NCBI GenBank assembly: GCA_024679065.1
Contig: JAGIQG010000026.1
Coordinates: 31,992,001 to 32,056,000 of the forward strand
Origin: Sphyrna mokarran
Taxonomy: Eukaryota
Reading direction: 5' to 3'
DNA: 64,000 nucleotides
This document shows positions 62,660 through 64,000 of this stretch, in pieces (position 1 is the stretch's first letter; each line of letters opens with the position of its first letter). The notes beneath the pieces were generated by a model. That model had not been told where the DNA came from. It made no database searches and saw nothing but the letters and a program-made list of their open reading frames with translations. A program made the position numbers and the translations under genes.

Positions 62660-63822
62660 TAAACAACAACTTCAGTTCTGTCTTCATTGAAGAAGACACA
62701 AATAACTTCCCAGAAATGCTAATGAATCAAGAGTCTAGTGAGAAAGAGGAATTGAAGGAAATTAGTATCACTAGAAATATAGTCTGGGGAAATTAATGGA
62801 ACTGAAGGATGCTAAATTTCAGAGCATGATATTCTACACCTCAGGGTATCAAAGAAGATGGCCATGGATATATTGAATGTATTGGTTATCATCTCCCAAA
62901 ATTCTATAGATTCTATAGATTAGAACAGTGTCAGCAGATTGGAAGGTAGCAAATGTAACCCCACTATTTAAAAAAGGGAGAAAACAGGGAATTACAGGCT
63001 AGTTAGCTTAACATCAGTTGTAAGGAAAATGCAAAAGTCTATTGTAAAGAATTCAACAAAAGTACACTTAGATAATATAAACAGAATTAGATAAAGTCAA
63101 CATGGATTATGGAAAGAAAGTCTAAACCTACTGGAAGCTTCGAGGGCATAACTAATCGAACAGAATATATAAGAGTGAACCAGTGAATGTGGTGTATTTG
63201 GATTTTCAGAAAACGTTTGTTAGAGTCTCACACAAGAGGCTAGTGTGCAAAATTAAAGAACATGTGACTAAGGGTAATACCTTGGCATGGACTGAAAAAG
63301 GTTAGAAGACAGGAAACAGAGAGAATGAATAAATGGGTCTTTTTCAATGTGGTAGGCAGTGATTGCATGGATCAGTGTTTGGTTACTAGCTAGTCACAAT
63401 ATACATTAATGATTTGGATCAGGGAACCAAAAGTAATATTTGCAAGTTTGCTGACAACATGAAACCTGGTAGGATTGCAAATGGTGAGAAAGATGTTAAG
63501 AGGCTTCAAAGTGATTTAGACAAGTTGAGCGAGTGGGCAACCACATGGCAGATGCAATATAATGTGGATAAATGTGAAGTTTTCCACTTCAGATGGAGAA
63601 ACAGAACAGCAGAGTATTATTTAAATGGTGACCCATTGGAAATGTTGACATACAAAAGGGACCCGGATATCTTAGTACACCAGTTACTGAAAGAAAGCAT
63701 GCAGGTACAGCAAGCACTGAGGAAGGCAAATGGTATACTGGCCTTCATTGCAAGAGGACTTGAATACAGGAGCAAGGATGTCTTACGGCAATTGTATAAG
63801 ACTTTGGCAAGGCTGCAAGTGA
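62660..63822 (+). mobile_element. Degenerate CR1 LINE ORF2 (RT region)
   Basis: DWKVANVTPLFKK, YLDFQK.F..V.H.RL, YINDLD..., KFADNMK, WQMQYNVDKCEVFHF, KANGILAFIARG. Confidence 0.9.
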
Positions 63823-64000
63823 GGTAAAATTTTTAGGATGGCAAGCGATTGGCAATTGCCATCCCAAGAGTCAGCACATGTAATGTTGTCCCTCCAACTC
63901 TCAGAAGTCCACTGCCAATTAACATTCAACTGAGCATCGATTGGCAATGAGTGAGAATTCTAATTGCCCATGGAAGGACAGTCCTCCTTAGAAATGTTGG

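Noticed and set aside
1-64000. CRISPR arrays or prokaryotic defence systems
   Set aside because: Eukaryotic intron-exon DNA; no regularly spaced repeat-spacer array or operon-like ORF clusters

Overview
Vertebrate genomic DNA, most likely from a shark or other cartilaginous fish (inferred from dense CR1 LINEs, HE1/V-SINE-like SINEs and DeuSINE/SacSINE1-like SINEs). It holds two spliced protein-coding genes arranged tail-to-tail. (1) A complete perilipin (PLIN2/PLIN3-like) gene on +, with 7 coding exons at 820-6351 encoding 414 aa. (2) The 3' 13 coding exons of HDGFL2/HDGFRP2 on -, at 24348-60479, encoding 574 aa including the IBD; I found no PWWP exons, which probably lie beyond the window's right edge. 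One HDGFL2 intron needs a GC donor to keep the frame. The rest is mostly decayed transposons: CR1, Rex1-like, a Ty3/Gypsy pol relic, a Tigger/pogo relic, solo LTRs and many SINEs. Three non-genic signals stand out. (a) A young Penelope-type insertion in an HDGFL2 intron forms a 126-bp near-perfect palindrome with a 13-bp target-site duplication and a minimal hammerhead ribozyme motif on each strand (49770-50059). (b) Two U2 snRNA-headed, hairpin-rich repeats may belong to a U2-derived element family. (c) A CR1 LINE appears to carry a SINE central domain inside its 3' UTR. All family assignments are by eye; no database searches were run.
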